From an uncultured bacterium (GTDB taxonomy: Bacteria; Auribacterota; Erginobacteria; Erginobacterales; Erginobacteraceae): a stretch of 64,000 nucleotides of DNA. The notes below the pieces were generated by a model. The model saw nothing but the letters and a program-made list of their open reading frames with translations, was not told the origin of the DNA and did no database searches. Shown here in pieces: positions 11,324 to 22,842 of this stretch. Within the stretch, counting starts at the first letter, position 1, and each line of letters starts with the position of its first letter. Both the position numbers and the translations under genes were made by a program. The stretch spans positions 288,001 to 352,000 of the forward strand of contig CAWGIE010000026.1 in the NCBI GenBank assembly GCA_963822585.1. The letters are read 5' to 3'.

Positions 11324-12535
11324 ATGACAAATGATTGCTTCTTGAAACTTAGCGTATTAAATATTCTCATCTCCGGTCAGGCCCTTACCAGCCGCACCGA
11401 GACTGTCGAGAATTATCTGAAAAGCCGGGTGAAAAGCCTTGGAGTTATCGCAATTGCCAATCCATATTCCCCTCCCGGGACCGCGACGTCCCGATTCTAC
11501 CGGGAGGGCGATCTGATCTGGGAGAAACCGGTCTCTAATCTATATTTCCGTAAGAAGCATTCGCAGTCTATGCTTCTTCCCGTCTTTATCTGCTATATTT
11601 TTTTTATCATCAAAGCCGCGTTCAGGTTTAAACGGAGGTTTGATGTATTTGTGGGAGTATCATGTTTCTCCGCCGGATTAGGGTTGGTATTGAAGGCGCT
11701 GAGAATCGTTAATCATACCATATATTACAGCATTGATTATTACCGTTCCCCCGGGAAGTTCTGTTTCAATAGCCTGATAGTGGCAATGTTCCGGTTGCTT
11801 GATCGGATCTGCGTGAAAAAATCCGATCTGGTCTGGCATATTACTCCACGAATCGGGGAGGGGAGGAAGAAATATGCCGGAGTTCCTCAATCCTCGTATC
11901 CCGCGATAAACGTACCACTTTGCTATGGCGAAGAAGTCTTTCAACCCCAGCCATTTGAAAAGATCAAGAAACATACCCTGGGATTCGTCGGGACCCTGTC
12001 TTCCAATCAGGGCCTTCAGATGGTGATCGGAGCTATGCCGAAACTGGCGAAATTAATTCCCGATATTTATCTGGAGATAGTGGGAAACGGTGCCTTCGGC
12101 GATGATCTAAGAAAGCTGGCAGCGAACTCAACCTGTCCGGAGCGATTTATTTTTCATGGCTTCTTGAAAGACGAAGAAGAGGTAATTAATATTATTTCCG
12201 CTACTGCGGTCGGTCTGGCGGTATGGACCGGTGGCGAAGAAGATAATGCTCTTTATGCCGATCCAGGCAAGCCGAAATTTTACGCTTTCTGCGGCATCCC
12301 GTCTATCATCACGGATATTCCGGCGATTTCCCGGGAAATTGACCGGATGAAAGCCGGAATAGCAATCCGGTATGATCAAGGGGACTTTATCCGGGCGGTT
12401 ATCGAGATTCTTTCCAATGAGGAAAAGCTGATTCAATACCGGGAAGGGGCTCTGAAATTCGCCCGTGAATATACTTCCGATATTGTTTTCTCCCGCGCCT
12501 GGAAAGAATCGCTGGAAGTGATGGATAATATTTAG
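11324..12535 (+). CDS. Glycosyltransferase family 4
   Basis: GFVGTLSSNQG, IVGNG, PGKPKFYAFCGIPSI; GT-B C-terminal pattern. Confidence 0.75.
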   Translation: MTNDCFLKLSVLNILISGQALTSRTETVENYLKSRVKSLGVIAIANPYSPPGTATSRFYREGDLIWEKPVSNLYFRKKHSQSMLLPVFICYIFFIIKAAFRFKRRFDVFVGVSCFSAGLGLVLKALRIVNHTIYYSIDYYRSPGKFCFNSLIVAMFRLLDRICVKKSDLVWHITPRIGEGRKKYAGVPQSSYPAINVPLCYGEEVFQPQPFEKIKKHTLGFVGTLSSNQGLQMVIGAMPKLAKLIPDIYLEIVGNGAFGDDLRKLAANSTCPERFIFHGFLKDEEEVINIISATAVGLAVWTGGEEDNALYADPGKPKFYAFCGIPSIITDIPAISREIDRMKAGIAIRYDQGDFIRAVIEILSNEEKLIQYREGALKFAREYTSDIVFSRAWKESLEVMDNI

Positions 12536-12552
12536 AATTTCGGATTTAGATA

Positions 12553-13617
12553 ATGACCCGGAGAACAACATCGAAAAATATGCCACCCATGGTCAGCATC
12601 GTTATCGTAAGTTGGAACGGAAGGGAACTGCTGGAAGCGCACCTCCCATCACTGGAGCGAATCCGGTATCCGAACTATGAGGTTATCCTGGTTGATAACG
12701 CTTCTTCCGACGATAGTATTCACTTTGTCAGGGAGAATTATCCTGAATATAAAGTCCTGATCAATATGGAAAACCTGGGGACGGCGGAGGGGAGCAATGT
12801 CGCCATCCCATATTGCCGGGGAAAATATATATTCTGGATCAGTAATGACATGGAACTCGACTCCCAAATCCTTAACTACCTGGTTGATCGATGTGAAAAG
12901 GATGAAAATATCGGCATTTGTACGGCAAAGATGCTTCGTATAGATAATGGCAAGATGACCAGGGAACTTGACAGTGTGGGAGCGGATGCGGACATCTTTG
13001 CTTTTCCGGCTTCCCGCGGCATTAATGAGTCGGACCGCGGTCAGTATGACCAATTCAGGGAAGTATTCTTTTCGTTTGGTGGAGCGATGTTTATCCGTAA
13101 GAGTGTTTTGAAGATAGTGGGAGGTTTTGATCCGTCGTTTCTTACCCTGACTGATGATATCGATCTCTCCTGGCGTGTCCGACTGGCCGGATATAAAGTT
13201 ATGGTTGAGCCCAAAGCCTATCTCTATCACCGGGTGAGCGCCACATTAGGAAAAACCCACAACCGTCCCCAGAAGCGATATCTCTCTGAAAGGAATACAC
13301 TTCGTACCCTCCTCAAAAACTATTCTACCGGCTACCTCTGTTTGATCCTTCCCGCTTACTTCATGATTCTTCTGCTGGAGATGTTTTTTTATACGGTCAT
13401 GGGAAAATGGGAAATGACCATGGCGTGTCTGAAGGCCTTGAACTGGAATCTTAGCCGATTAGGCGAAACCCGTCGGATGAGAAAAAAAGTTCAGTCTTAC
13501 CGCGTTGTCCCGGACAGTAAAAATATGTTTTTGATGATGAAAAGATCGGAAAAAATCAGAATGTTTTTCGACTTTCTTTTTTACCACAAATCCAATCGCT
13601 GGAAAAATTATTTTTAA
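12553..13617 (+). CDS. Glycosyltransferase family 2 (rhamnosyltransferase-like)
   Basis: VSIVIVSWNG, VDNASSD, GGFDPSF, DIDLSWR. Confidence 0.9.
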   Translation: MTRRTTSKNMPPMVSIVIVSWNGRELLEAHLPSLERIRYPNYEVILVDNASSDDSIHFVRENYPEYKVLINMENLGTAEGSNVAIPYCRGKYIFWISNDMELDSQILNYLVDRCEKDENIGICTAKMLRIDNGKMTRELDSVGADADIFAFPASRGINESDRGQYDQFREVFFSFGGAMFIRKSVLKIVGGFDPSFLTLTDDIDLSWRVRLAGYKVMVEPKAYLYHRVSATLGKTHNRPQKRYLSERNTLRTLLKNYSTGYLCLILPAYFMILLLEMFFYTVMGKWEMTMACLKALNWNLSRLGETRRMRKKVQSYRVVPDSKNMFLMMKRSEKIRMFFDFLFYHKSNRWKNYF

Positions 13618-13685
13618 AACTTGGTTTGATAATGAAAAATAAAAAAAACATAATTCAATAATATTGGTCGGATTATGTCCCGGGC

Positions 13686-14340
13686 TTGGGAAATACAAGT
13701 GAAAAATTTAATATAGGATTCCCTGATTTTTACCGTGCAGTCGACGCCCGGCTCTATAAAAATGAGCCCTATGTTAAACGCTTCCTTGATGAATTCCCAA
13801 CCGGAGAAAACCGAATCATGGAGATTAGTTTTAGTCTGGGGGCCTATCTGCACTATCTGGCGGGGAAAGGGGGTAAAGTTTTCGGGATTGATTTATCCCC
13901 CTCGAACGCTTCTCTGGCTGGACAGAGCTTTCCCGCTCTGAAACTGCCGGGGAAAGTAATGACGGGTGATGCCGAAAACCTACCCTTTGCCAATGAGAGT
14001 TTCCAGGTGGCTTTTCTTATGGCGTACTTCACTACACCCCGGATACACGCAGAACCATCGGCGAAATCAGGAAAGTTTTAAAGATAAACGGCTGCTTTTT
14101 AATCCTGCTTTATCATAAGGGGTTCGCCTACCGGTGGATTAATCTCCAGTATTCGATCCATAAAATACGCAGGGGAACAATGTCCCGGAGGATTTGATAA
14201 CCAGGAACTATGACCACACACCATTATTCAAGATGTATTCCAGGACTGAATTACATAAAATGTTCGGCAACTTCCAAAATGTGCGGATTGAGATTATTAA
14301 TTTTGGCGGAGTTAAAGAAAATTGGAGATTGTTCTGAATA
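13686..14340 (+). pseudogene. Frameshifted or decayed SAM-dependent methyltransferase
   Basis: FGIDLS...GDAENLPFANESF, then in another frame FSYGVLHYTPD...IRKVLK; degenerate motif I and several breaks. Confidence 0.6.
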
Positions 14341-14400
14341 TATTACCTATTAAACGCGGATCACCCGCCGCCGACAGACTTCACGCATTCCCAACAAAGA

Positions 14401-14808
14401 TATTATGATAATATTATACATGACATTCAAGACAATACATCCGGTCCGTGGAGTTTACTGGAGATCGGCTGCTCGTATGGTAACTTGCTTGCATTTTGTA
14501 GATATCATGGATGGGCCATAACTGGTATTGACTACAACAGCAATGCTATTCGATACATCCGGGCCAAGGGGATAAATTGTTATAATATATCTGTGGAAGA
14601 ATATCATCCCGACAGCAAATTTGATGTCATAGTAATGATTCATGTTATTGAGCATCTCTTCTATTACAATATTAATACAATCCAACAACTTCTGGAGAAT
14701 GCCGAGTATACCAGCACGGTGACCGTGGACGGACGATATCATTTAAGCGACCTTATCAACAGTAAACTCAGAAGTAAACTTGTCCTGAATGACAACTGGA
14801 TTAAGTAA
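14401..14808 (+). pseudogene. Methyltransferase fragment
   Basis: LLEIGCSYG...GIDYN...FDVIVMIHVIEHL, after which homology appears to end; no clear start. Confidence 0.55.
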
Positions 14809-14959
14809 AATTATGAGAAACCTGGTAAAAGTAAATCTCTATAAAATATCATTAAGAAAATATATGAATCCGTCCTTTTGCGAGGTTTGAGTATTATACC
14901 GGTTAGTAGAGAAGATAAAGAGATTGCGGTAGTTGCCCGGAAAAGAACCCAGGAATCAA

Positions 14960-16914
14960 TATATGGTTACTAAGAGAAAATTTAAGAGATTTCCCTGGGG
15001 GGGTTGCCTGCTGATATTAATTAGTATTTATATCGCGGTTTTCTTTAGGGTTGCTTGTATCAAATATAGTTCATTCTCTTTCCATGATATGGATCTGGCT
15101 GCCATTAACCAGACATTCTGGAATGCTATCCATGGCAGATTTATTTCGCAATCTTATGGTGAAGCCGCCTTGTTAAGTGGTCACAAATGGGTTATTCTTC
15201 TGCCTCTCCTACCGCTCTATGCGCTTATTCCCAATCCACTGACCTTGCTTTTCCTTCAGTCACTGGCATTTGGTATTGCGGCATGGCCGATATATCTTCT
15301 GAGTCGGGATGTGCTAAAAAAGAAATTTGGGCTTCTCTTTGCTTTCTGCTACTTGATTTATCCGGCCATGAATTACGCGGGGCTCTACGAATTTCATCCC
15401 TCTGTTTTGCCGCTCCATTATTACTATTTTATGTTTTACTTCTATTATAAGAGGAGATGGGTTTATTTCTTCTTTTTACAGTACTATCTCTTTCAGTCCG
15501 CGAAGATGTAGCCATTCCGGTTTTCGGAATCGGATTATTCGCTTTATTCCAGGGAATTGTAACTCGCGATGGGAAAAACTGTGGCCGCGCTTGAAATGGG
15601 GTATTGTTCCACTGGCATTATCCATTATCGTGGTTTTTGATCTGTCTTAAAAATAATACCCGACCTTGATCCAGAAATTAACCGTGGAGGCGGAGGTCCC
15701 CGCCGGATCAATGGTAGGATCATTTTACAGCTGGATGGGAGAATCCCCGTTCGAAATTATCGAGAACGTATTTACGCATCCTCAATTGGGAATCATGAGA
15801 ACTCAGAAACTGAGTTACCTGTTTCAACTTCTTGATCCCCCTGGGCTTTTTATCCCTGCTTTCCCCGACAGCCTTGATCATGGTGGTGGTTTCGCTGGCC
15901 GAAGGACTACTTTCATCCCGCTTCACCCACTTTTCAATTCGCTACCAATATTCGGCTATCATCATTCCGTCTGTCTTCATTGCCGCCCTCTATGGAATGA
16001 GGAATTTACTCCGTTGGCAATGGTTGTGCAGAAAAGAAAATTATCTGATAGTCGTAATCCTTATTTTTGCACATCGGCTCCGCCTATTTTCTGGGGCCGC
16101 TCTTTCAAATTTCCGGCAGGCCCTCAATGATTGGAAATCCACTGAAGAGGATCGGATCAGACAAGTTATGGTCGATCTGATCCCTCCATCGGCACCGGTA
16201 GTAGCCACCTTTGGCTTTACTCCTAAATTGTCAATGCGTCCCCGACTTGCTTATTTCTATCATATCTACGCTTCACCGCGGAAACCGGAATTCGGACTTT
16301 ATATACCGCAGATCCAGAAGAACGGAGAATACGCTTTAATTGACTTTAACGATTGGCTGACTTTTTATGATTTCTATACCCCCGGCGGAGACCGCCCGAT
16401 CTACCGATTTTTGCGGGAAGGCGGATGGGGCGTTAAAGCGACCGTTAACAACCTGGTTCTTTTCCAAAAAAACTATGCCGGCGAGTTTCATATTGTTGAA
16501 CGCGTCATACAACCCAAAATGCAATATTCCCTTTATCGGGACGTAGCTTCCGGTGTAAAGTTACTCGGTTTTGATCTGGCTACTGAACGTTGGGAAGGCA
16601 ATACGTTGCTGGATTTCAGTTGCTATATGCAAGTGACAAAACGGATCCCCGTCGGCTTGCTGGTCAACCCTCAGTTCAGCTTGCATAATGAAGCGGAAGT
16701 GGGCTTCCGACAGCCGATGTTCGCTCCCTATCGGATTCTTCCTTCCAGCCGGTGGGAACCGGGTGAAATCTATAAACAGCGGTGCCGAATTCTGGTCCCT
16801 CCCGATCTTCCCCCGGGAGAATATGATCTGAGTTTTGGGTTATTGCTGCAGAATGGGAGAGAGTGGGAGGGGAAAGTTGTATATCGGCAACAAAATGTTT
16901 TTCAATATAAGTAG
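14960..16914 (+). CDS. DUF2079 (GT-C-like) membrane protein, multiply frameshifted
   Basis: DMDLAAINQTFWN, LLFLQSL, YEFHP, then in shifted frames VREDV and RYQYSA; paralogous to 19370-21337. Confidence 0.75.
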
Positions 16915-16941
16915 CAATAGCGTTCTACCGAAGTGAGAATA

Positions 16942-17988
16942 ATGGAGAATCGGGATACATCAATGATTACTACCGGCGTTATCGGTTACGGCCACTGGGG
17001 ACCCAATCATCTCCGTGTTTTCTCAACCCTGCCGGGGAGTCGGGTGGCTGCTTGCGCCGATAAGGATAAAGGCCGGCTGGAAAAGTTGAAATCAACCTAT
17101 CCCGAGATAGAGACTACGGAAAATTATCGGGATATTTTACGGAATGACGCAATCCAGGCGGTCTGCGTGACCACGCCGACTTCGACCCATTACGAGATCG
17201 TGAAGGGCGCGCTGGAGCATGGCAAAGATGTCTTATGCGAGAAGCCGGTAACTCTTACTACCGCGGAAGCCGGCGAACTGATCGGGCTGGCCCGAGAAAA
17301 CAATCGGATATTGATGGTGGGCCATGTATTCCTCTTCAATCCCGGGATAAAAAAAATCAAGGATTATATTCATTCCGGGCTGCTCGGCGAAATTCAATAT
17401 GGTTATTCAGTCCGGACGAACCTGGGTCCTTTTCGATATGACGTCAACGCGATCCAGGACCTGGCTTCCCACGACATCTCCATCTTCAATTACTTTTTTG
17501 CCGCTCTTCCTTTGGAAGTTTCAGCCCGGGGCCACCGGTGTTTATCCCCTCAGCGTGAAGACCTGGCTTTCATAACCTTGATTTATCCAAACGACATTTT
17601 TATCAATGTCCACGTCAGCTGGCTGGATCCCAAAAAAGTTAGACAGATCACCCTGGTTGGAAATAAGAAGATGGTCTGCTGGGATGATCTGGACAATACG
17701 GCGCCGATCCGGATTTATGACAAACGGGTGGAACGGGGGAACCTTTTTTACCAGTCTTTTGGTGAATTCCAACTCCTTTCTAAAGAAGGAGAGGTGACCA
17801 TTCCCGAATTCGAACCCGGGGAGCCCCTGCTCCGGCAGGATGAATATTTCCTTAACTGCGTCCGAAACCGGGTTCACCCCGATCTGGCGGACGGGGAGAA
17901 AGGTTGGGAGGTTGTGAAGGTTCTGGAAGCGATCCGGGAATCAATGGCTCAAGGAGGGGTTCCCGTCAAGTTAAACCGTTCTAAATAA
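16942..17988 (+). CDS. Gfo/Idh/MocA family oxidoreductase
   Basis: GVIGYGHWG, CEKP, MVGHVFLFNP, DLASHD, SWLDPKK. Confidence 0.9.
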   Translation: MENRDTSMITTGVIGYGHWGPNHLRVFSTLPGSRVAACADKDKGRLEKLKSTYPEIETTENYRDILRNDAIQAVCVTTPTSTHYEIVKGALEHGKDVLCEKPVTLTTAEAGELIGLARENNRILMVGHVFLFNPGIKKIKDYIHSGLLGEIQYGYSVRTNLGPFRYDVNAIQDLASHDISIFNYFFAALPLEVSARGHRCLSPQREDLAFITLIYPNDIFINVHVSWLDPKKVRQITLVGNKKMVCWDDLDNTAPIRIYDKRVERGNLFYQSFGEFQLLSKEGEVTIPEFEPGEPLLRQDEYFLNCVRNRVHPDLADGEKGWEVVKVLEAIRESMAQGGVPVKLNRSK

Positions 17989-18062
17989 CCCTGACTACTA
18001 CCGGCGCCGCTGAGTGCCTGCTTCGGAATTTCAAAAAAGACAGATCAAATGATTATTGTTTA

Positions 18063-18141
18063 ATCTGAAGAATAATAACTTTATCAAGTGGCGTTAGCTT
18101 CAGTGTTTTTCCACTAAGTTAGCGCCGTAGGCGCTAACTTA
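18063..18141. repeat. Leader repeat family A, copy 2
   Basis: GGCGTTAGCTTCAGTGTTTTTCCACTAAGTTAGCGCCGTAGGCGCTAACTT runs straight into ATG 18141. Confidence 0.85.
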
Positions 18142-19247
18142 TGAAGATACCATTAGTCGATCTTAACGCGCAGTATCTGCGATTACGCGATGAATTGAAC
18201 CGGGCCGTCATCGGGACCATGGAACGGGGTGATTTCATCCTGGGAGAGGCGGTAGATTCATTCGAATCCGACTTTGCCGCTTTCTGCCGGACTAAACACG
18301 CCGTCGGAGTTGCATCCGGTCTGGACGCCCTTACCCTGAGTCTGCTCGCTCTGGGGATAGAAAGAGGTGATGAAGTAATCACGGTAGCGAACACGTTTGT
18401 GGCCACGACTCTCGCTATCGTCCGGGTCGGAGCGAAACCGGTCCTGGTTGATTGCCACCCGGAAACGTACAATATCGATCCCGCCGGGATCGAGAAGAAG
18501 ATTACCGAAAAGACCCGGGCCGTCCTGCCGGTTCATCTCTACGGCCGGCCGGCGGAAATGGACCAGATTCTTGCTCTAGCCGAACGATATCACCTGAAAG
18601 TGGTGGAGGACTCCTGTCAGGCTCACGGAGCCCTGTACCGGGGAAAGCGCTGCGGGAGCATGGGAGACGCCGGTTGCTTCAGTTTTTACCCCGGCAAAAA
18701 CCTGGGCGCTTACGGAGACGGGGGGTGCGTGATTACCGATGACGCGGCCCTGGCGGAAAAAATCCGGATCTTAAGAAACTACGGGTCCCGGAAGAAGTAC
18801 TACCACGAAGAAAAAGGCGTCAACTCCCGACTCGATACCATTCAGGCGGCGATTCTCAATGTAAAGCTGCGACATTTGGAAGAGGGGAATGAAAAACGCC
18901 GGCGGGCCGCGGAACAATATACCGAACTGCTGCAATCGGTTTCTTCGATAACAACCCCGTCACTCGATGACGGGATAACCCATGCATTTCATCTCTATGT
19001 CATCCGGTTACCGGAGCGGGATCGAGTATTGAAGGAACTGAATTCGAAAGGGATCGGTGCCGGAATTCACTATCCGATCCCGATTCACCTGCTGAAATGT
19101 CACAGTGATCTGGAATACCGGGAGGGAGATTTCCCGATCACCGAAGAATTTTCCCGGGAGATCCTCTCTCTGCCCATCTTCCCGGAGATAACCGCGGAGC
19201 AGATACAGTACGTCGTACACGCATTAAAAACCGCACTCAAAAACTAA
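18141..19247 (+). CDS. DegT/DnrJ/EryC1/StrS sugar aminotransferase
   Basis: [37 protein letters not shown] (PLP lysine), [10 protein letters not shown]. Confidence 0.95.
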   Translation: MKIPLVDLNAQYLRLRDELNRAVIGTMERGDFILGEAVDSFESDFAAFCRTKHAVGVASGLDALTLSLLALGIERGDEVITVANTFVATTLAIVRVGAKPVLVDCHPETYNIDPAGIEKKITEKTRAVLPVHLYGRPAEMDQILALAERYHLKVVEDSCQAHGALYRGKRCGSMGDAGCFSFYPGKNLGAYGDGGCVITDDAALAEKIRILRNYGSRKKYYHEEKGVNSRLDTIQAAILNVKLRHLEEGNEKRRRAAEQYTELLQSVSSITTPSLDDGITHAFHLYVIRLPERDRVLKELNSKGIGAGIHYPIPIHLLKCHSDLEYREGDFPITEEFSREILSLPIFPEITAEQIQYVVHALKTALKN

Positions 19248-19369
19248 TGGGGGCTTGGCCTCCTTCATAAAGCCCCGATTTTCATCGGAACCTTCATTGG
19301 GAAATGCCATAGTCCAGCATTGTTGATTTATTGCCGCGGTTACTATTTCAGAGTAGCACATTCCTGATA

Positions 19370-21337
19370 ATGAACGATGGAGTGGTCAGAAAAGTAAAAA
19401 GCAGATATGTTTTTTCCATCACGGTCATTATTCTGATCGGCGTTTATTCGGTTGTTTTCTCGATAGCCGGATATCTCCAGTACGTCTCGTTTTCTTATCA
19501 GGACATGGACCTGGCGGCCATCAGCCAGGCTTTCTGGAACGGCGTTCATGGACGGTTCTTTCCCACCCGGCACGCGGGAGAGTCCACTCTTTTTAAAAAC
19601 CACCGCTGGCTGATCGCACTCCCCCTCCTCCCGATTTATGCCCTTTTCCCTTCGGCGGTTACCCTGCTGGTTCTCCAATCGTTCGCCGTGGCCGTGGGGG
19701 CCGGGGCGGTCTATCTTCTAGCCCGGAGACTGCTCGATCCGCCACTGGGGCTGCTCTTTGCGTTCTGCTACCTGATCTATCCGGCCGTCAATTATCTGAC
19801 TCTCTATGAGTTCCATCCGGTTGCCTTTGCCCTGCCCCTGCTCCTCTTCACGTTCTACTTTTACGAGCAGCGCGTATGGTCCCTCTACCTCATGTTTCTG
19901 CTTCTCTCTCTCTCCTGTCGTGAAGATGTCGCCCTCCCGATCTTCGGTCTGGGTGTTTACGCGTTGCTCCGTGGGGTAAAGGAGAGGGACACCGTCGCCC
20001 GCGGCCGCTGGAAGTGGGGGATAAGCGCGATTCTTCTTTCTCTTTCCTGGTTCGCCGTCTGCGTGATGATCTTCCCGCTCCTGATCACCCGTCATCTTCC
20101 GAAGGCTGATCAGCCCGACATCATCCCCCTCTTCTTCGGCTGGCTGGGCCGATCCCCGACGGAGATCGTGGGAACGGTTATTACCCGGCCCTGGTACGTC
20201 ATGAAGGGTGTGCTGACCGGCCCCAAGTTGATCTATCTCTTCCAGCTCTTGGTGCCGCTTGGTTTTCTCTCCCTGCTCTCGCCGAGGAGCTGCCTGATGA
20301 TACTTTTTGCCGCGGCGGAAGGCCTGCTTTCATCCCGGAGCAAGCATTTCTCCATTCCATACCAATACACCGCCCTAATCACCCCCTTTATCTTCATCTC
20401 GGCGATCATGGGCACTCGGAATCTGCTCCGCCGTCTCCGGTTCGGTATCCGGGCCGACTATCTGATCCTTTTTCTCCTGGTGTTCGCTCCTCTCTGCGCG
20501 GCCTGGTTCGGTCCCCTGTCTCATCCCCCGTCTCCGATCCGGGTGTGGCGGGTGACGGAAGAAGATGCTGTCCGGCGCCGGCTGGTTGCCCTGGTACCGA
20601 AAGAATCCCCGGTCCTGGCCACATTCGGGCTGGCCTCTCACCTCTCCGATCGTCCTCTACTCTTCTATTCATTTCAGTTCTGCGGCGGCTGGCGACCCAC
20701 CGGTCCGGACCGGATAGACGTCCCCTTGGTTCAGAGGACCGCCCGGTTCGCGCTGATCGATTTTAACGACCCCCTGACTTTCTATTACTTTTTTGGGCCG
20801 GATGGAGATCGGTATCTGCGCGGCTTCCTGGAGGACGGCTGGCAGTTGGAAGAGACGGTGAATTCCCTGGCTCTTTTCCGGAAGGGAGATGCTCCGGGAA
20901 TCGGTCTGGTCGAACAATCCGACTTGACTGAAGTCGATACGCCTTTTTCTCAACCGATAAAAAATGCTCCAGGCCTTGTATTCCGGGGATATACACTTCA
21001 GCCGGACCGTCGGTTAGGGTTTCCCGTCATAGAAACCGCGGTCTTTCTGCAATGCGATGATACGATCGGAGAGAATTACCTCCTGGGAATCTCCTTCCGG
21101 CACCAGGGCGCGAGCGGGTTTTCTTTCGGGCAATACCTCTTCGCCCCCTTTCGTATTCTGCCGACATCACGATGGGAAAAGGGAAATATTATCCGGCAGC
21201 GATGTGCTATACTGGTTCCGACCAACGCCCCGGGCGGCGCGTATGAGTTGACTCTTTCCCTGGTGCGGCCGATCGGCCCGGTTGAATTCGCGGGAGAGGA
21301 GATTTATACCACGCGTAATGCATTGATGCTGCCTTAA
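19370..21337 (+). CDS. DUF2079 (GT-C-like) membrane protein
   Basis: DMDLAAISQAFWN, YEFHP, CREDVA, YQYTA; many transmembrane segments and a C-terminal soluble domain. Confidence 0.8.
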   Translation: MNDGVVRKVKSRYVFSITVIILIGVYSVVFSIAGYLQYVSFSYQDMDLAAISQAFWNGVHGRFFPTRHAGESTLFKNHRWLIALPLLPIYALFPSAVTLLVLQSFAVAVGAGAVYLLARRLLDPPLGLLFAFCYLIYPAVNYLTLYEFHPVAFALPLLLFTFYFYEQRVWSLYLMFLLLSLSCREDVALPIFGLGVYALLRGVKERDTVARGRWKWGISAILLSLSWFAVCVMIFPLLITRHLPKADQPDIIPLFFGWLGRSPTEIVGTVITRPWYVMKGVLTGPKLIYLFQLLVPLGFLSLLSPRSCLMILFAAAEGLLSSRSKHFSIPYQYTALITPFIFISAIMGTRNLLRRLRFGIRADYLILFLLVFAPLCAAWFGPLSHPPSPIRVWRVTEEDAVRRRLVALVPKESPVLATFGLASHLSDRPLLFYSFQFCGGWRPTGPDRIDVPLVQRTARFALIDFNDPLTFYYFFGPDGDRYLRGFLEDGWQLEETVNSLALFRKGDAPGIGLVEQSDLTEVDTPFSQPIKNAPGLVFRGYTLQPDRRLGFPVIETAVFLQCDDTIGENYLLGISFRHQGASGFSFGQYLFAPFRILPTSRWEKGNIIRQRCAILVPTNAPGGAYELTLSLVRPIGPVEFAGEEIYTTRNALMLP

Positions 21338-21398
21338 TCCGATTTATTTCGGCCTGCCGGCAGACTGAAATAAATCGGATTAGTTTTGAACCATGCCG
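21335..21398. repeat. Hairpin family C, copy 1 (possible terminator)
   Basis: TAATCCGATTTATTTCGGCCTGC-cg-GCAGACTGAAATAAATCGGATTA followed by GTTTTGAACCATGCCG; sister copy at 42823. Confidence 0.7.
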
Positions 21399-21497
21399 GA
21401 GTTTATATTGACAGCAGCGCACAGGGTATTGCCCATAATCTGCTCTGATGCTATTCCCCGGCATACAATGTTTATTATTCATTGTATTTGTTGCGGA

Positions 21498-21639
21498 TAG
21501 TGTTGTGTCTCAAAGATACGTGTATAACCCAGTCATTGCGAGGAGCAGGGCGACGAGCCATCTCTTTGAATTCAAATGAGTTGAGATCGCTTCGCAGAGC
21601 TCGCAATAAATATCAATCTATTTCTGAGACACGACATTA
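21498..21639. mobile_element. MITE-like element enclosing a GTCATTGCGAG...CTCGCAAT palindromic repeat
   Basis: Imperfect terminal IR TAGTGTTGTGTCTCAAAGATA / TATTTCTGAGACACGACATTA; internal gtcattgcgag...gagatcgcttcg...ctcgcaata. Confidence 0.55.
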
Positions 21640-21663
21640 AATAAAATCGTTATACCAGGGAAG

Positions 21664-22842
21664 ATGATGAAATCGAGGAGGATAACAGCGCTCGCCGCGC
21701 TTATTCTGCCTTTACTCGGCGTCCAGTGCGGGCAAGCCGCTTCGTCTGATACCATCTCCTGGGATTTCAGCGACAGCGGTCAGTTGTCAGGTTGGAAAGG
21801 GGAGGGGATTGAGGCCAGCCGGGTCGAAGGGGGGATGCTCCAGCTCCGGGGCGGGGAGAGAATACAACTGGCGTTTCCCCCGGGATTGCATATCCCGGCG
21901 GAGAAAAATCCCTACCTCCGGATCCGCCTTCGGATTTTATCTCCCCGGATCGCCCAGGTATTCTGGTTTCCCGAAGCGCCGGGCCGGGAGATCCCGGTCC
22001 TGCCCGTGCAGCTGGATTTCGACCGGCGTTTCCATACGTACTGGGTCGACCTGGCGGATTCCCTGGACTGGATAGGGACTATCGACCGGATGGGTCTGGC
22101 CTTCGGCGGCAAGCCGGGTTGGATTGAGATCGACTCCATTGATCTGGGCCCTTTTTCCCTATCCACCTACCTCGCGGATCAATGGCATGAATTCTGGCTG
22201 CCCAGATTGCTCCATCCCGGTACGATTAATTCTCTTAACGGCCCCCGGTTCTTTAATAAACCGTTCGTAAGCTGGCTCAATAGATTAGCCGTGCTTGTCT
22301 TCCTGATCGGTGCCGTCCTCTATTATAAAACCGGAAAGAATAAGCGGGCCCGGATCGTCGCCCGGACCGGATTGGTGATTCTGGCGCTCTGGGTAATATA
22401 TGATGTCCGGGAGACCTATAGTCAGTTTAAAATAGAGGAGGAGATCCAGCGGGTGTATGCAAAACCTCCTCTCGATCTGAAGACATTCCCCGCTCTAGGT
22501 GACTTTTATAGGTTAGTAGAATTCTGCCGCAAAAAGATTCCGGAAGAATCCGTGTTCCGTCTTCTCCCAGAACCATACTGGCCTTTTGACTGCCGGATTA
22601 AATATTATCTTTACCCCCGACATATAGAAACTGATAAAACCAGATCATTTTATGGAGTCACGCTCCCCAGATATTATATTGTCTATAATGCCCCCGGATT
22701 AACCTATGATTCGACCCGCGGACAAATTGTTGACGGGACTGGGCAAGCGTATACCGGCAAAGGGAAAATAATCGCGCGGTATAATAAAGACTCGTTTATC
22801 TTCCTGGAGGAACAACCGTGGTCCTCAATACGCTCAAAATAA
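21664..22842 (+). CDS. Hypothetical exported/membrane protein
   Basis: Signal peptide, beta-rich N-domain, two transmembrane helices, YYLYP motif; overlaps the next GT-C gene. Confidence 0.7.
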   Translation: MMKSRRITALAALILPLLGVQCGQAASSDTISWDFSDSGQLSGWKGEGIEASRVEGGMLQLRGGERIQLAFPPGLHIPAEKNPYLRIRLRILSPRIAQVFWFPEAPGREIPVLPVQLDFDRRFHTYWVDLADSLDWIGTIDRMGLAFGGKPGWIEIDSIDLGPFSLSTYLADQWHEFWLPRLLHPGTINSLNGPRFFNKPFVSWLNRLAVLVFLIGAVLYYKTGKNKRARIVARTGLVILALWVIYDVRETYSQFKIEEEIQRVYAKPPLDLKTFPALGDFYRLVEFCRKKIPEESVFRLLPEPYWPFDCRIKYYLYPRHIETDKTRSFYGVTLPRYYIVYNAPGLTYDSTRGQIVDGTGQAYTGKGKIIARYNKDSFIFLEEQPWSSIRSK

